DNA of 63,568 bases, the filler included, from Octopus bimaculoides (lineage: Eukaryota), in NCBI RefSeq assembly GCF_001194135.2. It is 6 parts of 6 records of this genome, joined end to end, with 100 filler letters (N's around TTAATTAATTAA, not from the genome) between each part and the next. Parts side by side here need not be neighbours in the genome. Positions count along the whole stretch, not along the records: positions 62,531 to 63,568 come from NW_026387182.1; 5 more parts are not named here. One strand, 5' to 3'. Below, piece by piece: positions 62,835-63,568 of the stretch (position 1 is its first letter; every line of letters begins with the position of its first letter). The translations under genes and the position numbers were made by a program. Below the pieces are notes generated by a model. That model ran no database searches and had not been told where the DNA came from. It saw only the letters and a list, made by a program, of their open reading frames with translations.

Positions 62835-63568
62835 GAACAACAACATATTCATGTAAGTATATGCATATATGCATATCAATTGGACAACTTCAACGAGCAA
62901 TGATAAGGAGCTTAACGAATATGCGAGAAACAATTTAAATGGTGATAGGAACAACAATACTATATCTTATTCAATAGCAGAATACAATTATAATTAAGGG
63001 ATCAATAATCGTAATAAAACACATTTTAAAATAAGCACATAAATATCGCCTACACGACAAAGAAAACAATGAACATCTGATTAAAGGTGAATAAATATAA
63101 TTATAAATTTTCTAATTAAGGCGTTAATATGTAGCATCAGTTGAGATATTAAAAAATATAATGACGTCAATTTTAGTTATGAATTAACCAGTTACACATG
63201 TCATATATATTATAGATGAAGAATATTAGGACGTGGATTTTTAGAATCGTTCATAGAGTAATAAAGAATATTTTTGTTATGAACGAAGTGCAAATGACAA
63301 AGGAATACTGAAAAAAATATAAATTGATAAAATTATATTTAAGCAAATATATTATGAATAATTGATGGTGCGTTTCAATTCGTGTTTAACTGGAAAATTC
63401 TGTTTCGTGAATATGAGGTTATATGTGAATGTCTATAAGGATAAACGTATATATGGGTAAATTTATATGTAAATCTGTATAAGGGCAGACAAAACCACAT
63501 ACACACATACAAACACATTTACACACACATACATACATATGCATATATATATATATATATATATATAT

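Overview
AT-rich, microsatellite-dense, gap-rich eukaryotic genomic DNA. The repeat families and assembly style suggest a cephalopod/octopus genome (inference). Two host genes are supported, both on the + strand. (1) The terminal coding exon of an SDR9C/retinol-dehydrogenase-like gene lies at 10058-10281; the ORF track misses it. (2) Four consecutive internal exons of a NEK6/7 kinase lie at 43105-43215, 44504-44612, 51166-51273 and 52645-52739; its first and last exons were not found in the window. The rest is a mosaic of mostly decayed mobile elements: R4/Dong, RTE, Tx1/L1 and Penelope-like retroelements, a Ty3/Gypsy element, mariner, Chapaev-type, hAT, MULE and Helitron-type DNA elements, several tRNA-headed SINE families, and simple repeats. 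Five artificial N44-TTAATTAATTAA-N44 spacers split the window into joined pieces whose adjacency is not guaranteed. I see no clearly novel multi-gene system. The best leads are two ORF1-retaining, ORF2-lacking Tx1-type elements that share a 3' motif (one inserted with a 6-bp TSD into a ~327-bp hairpin-bearing MITE-like repeat), a pre-miRNA-like hairpin, and (TAA)n-targeted Dong insertions. Exon coordinates were counted exactly; most repeat boundaries are approximate.
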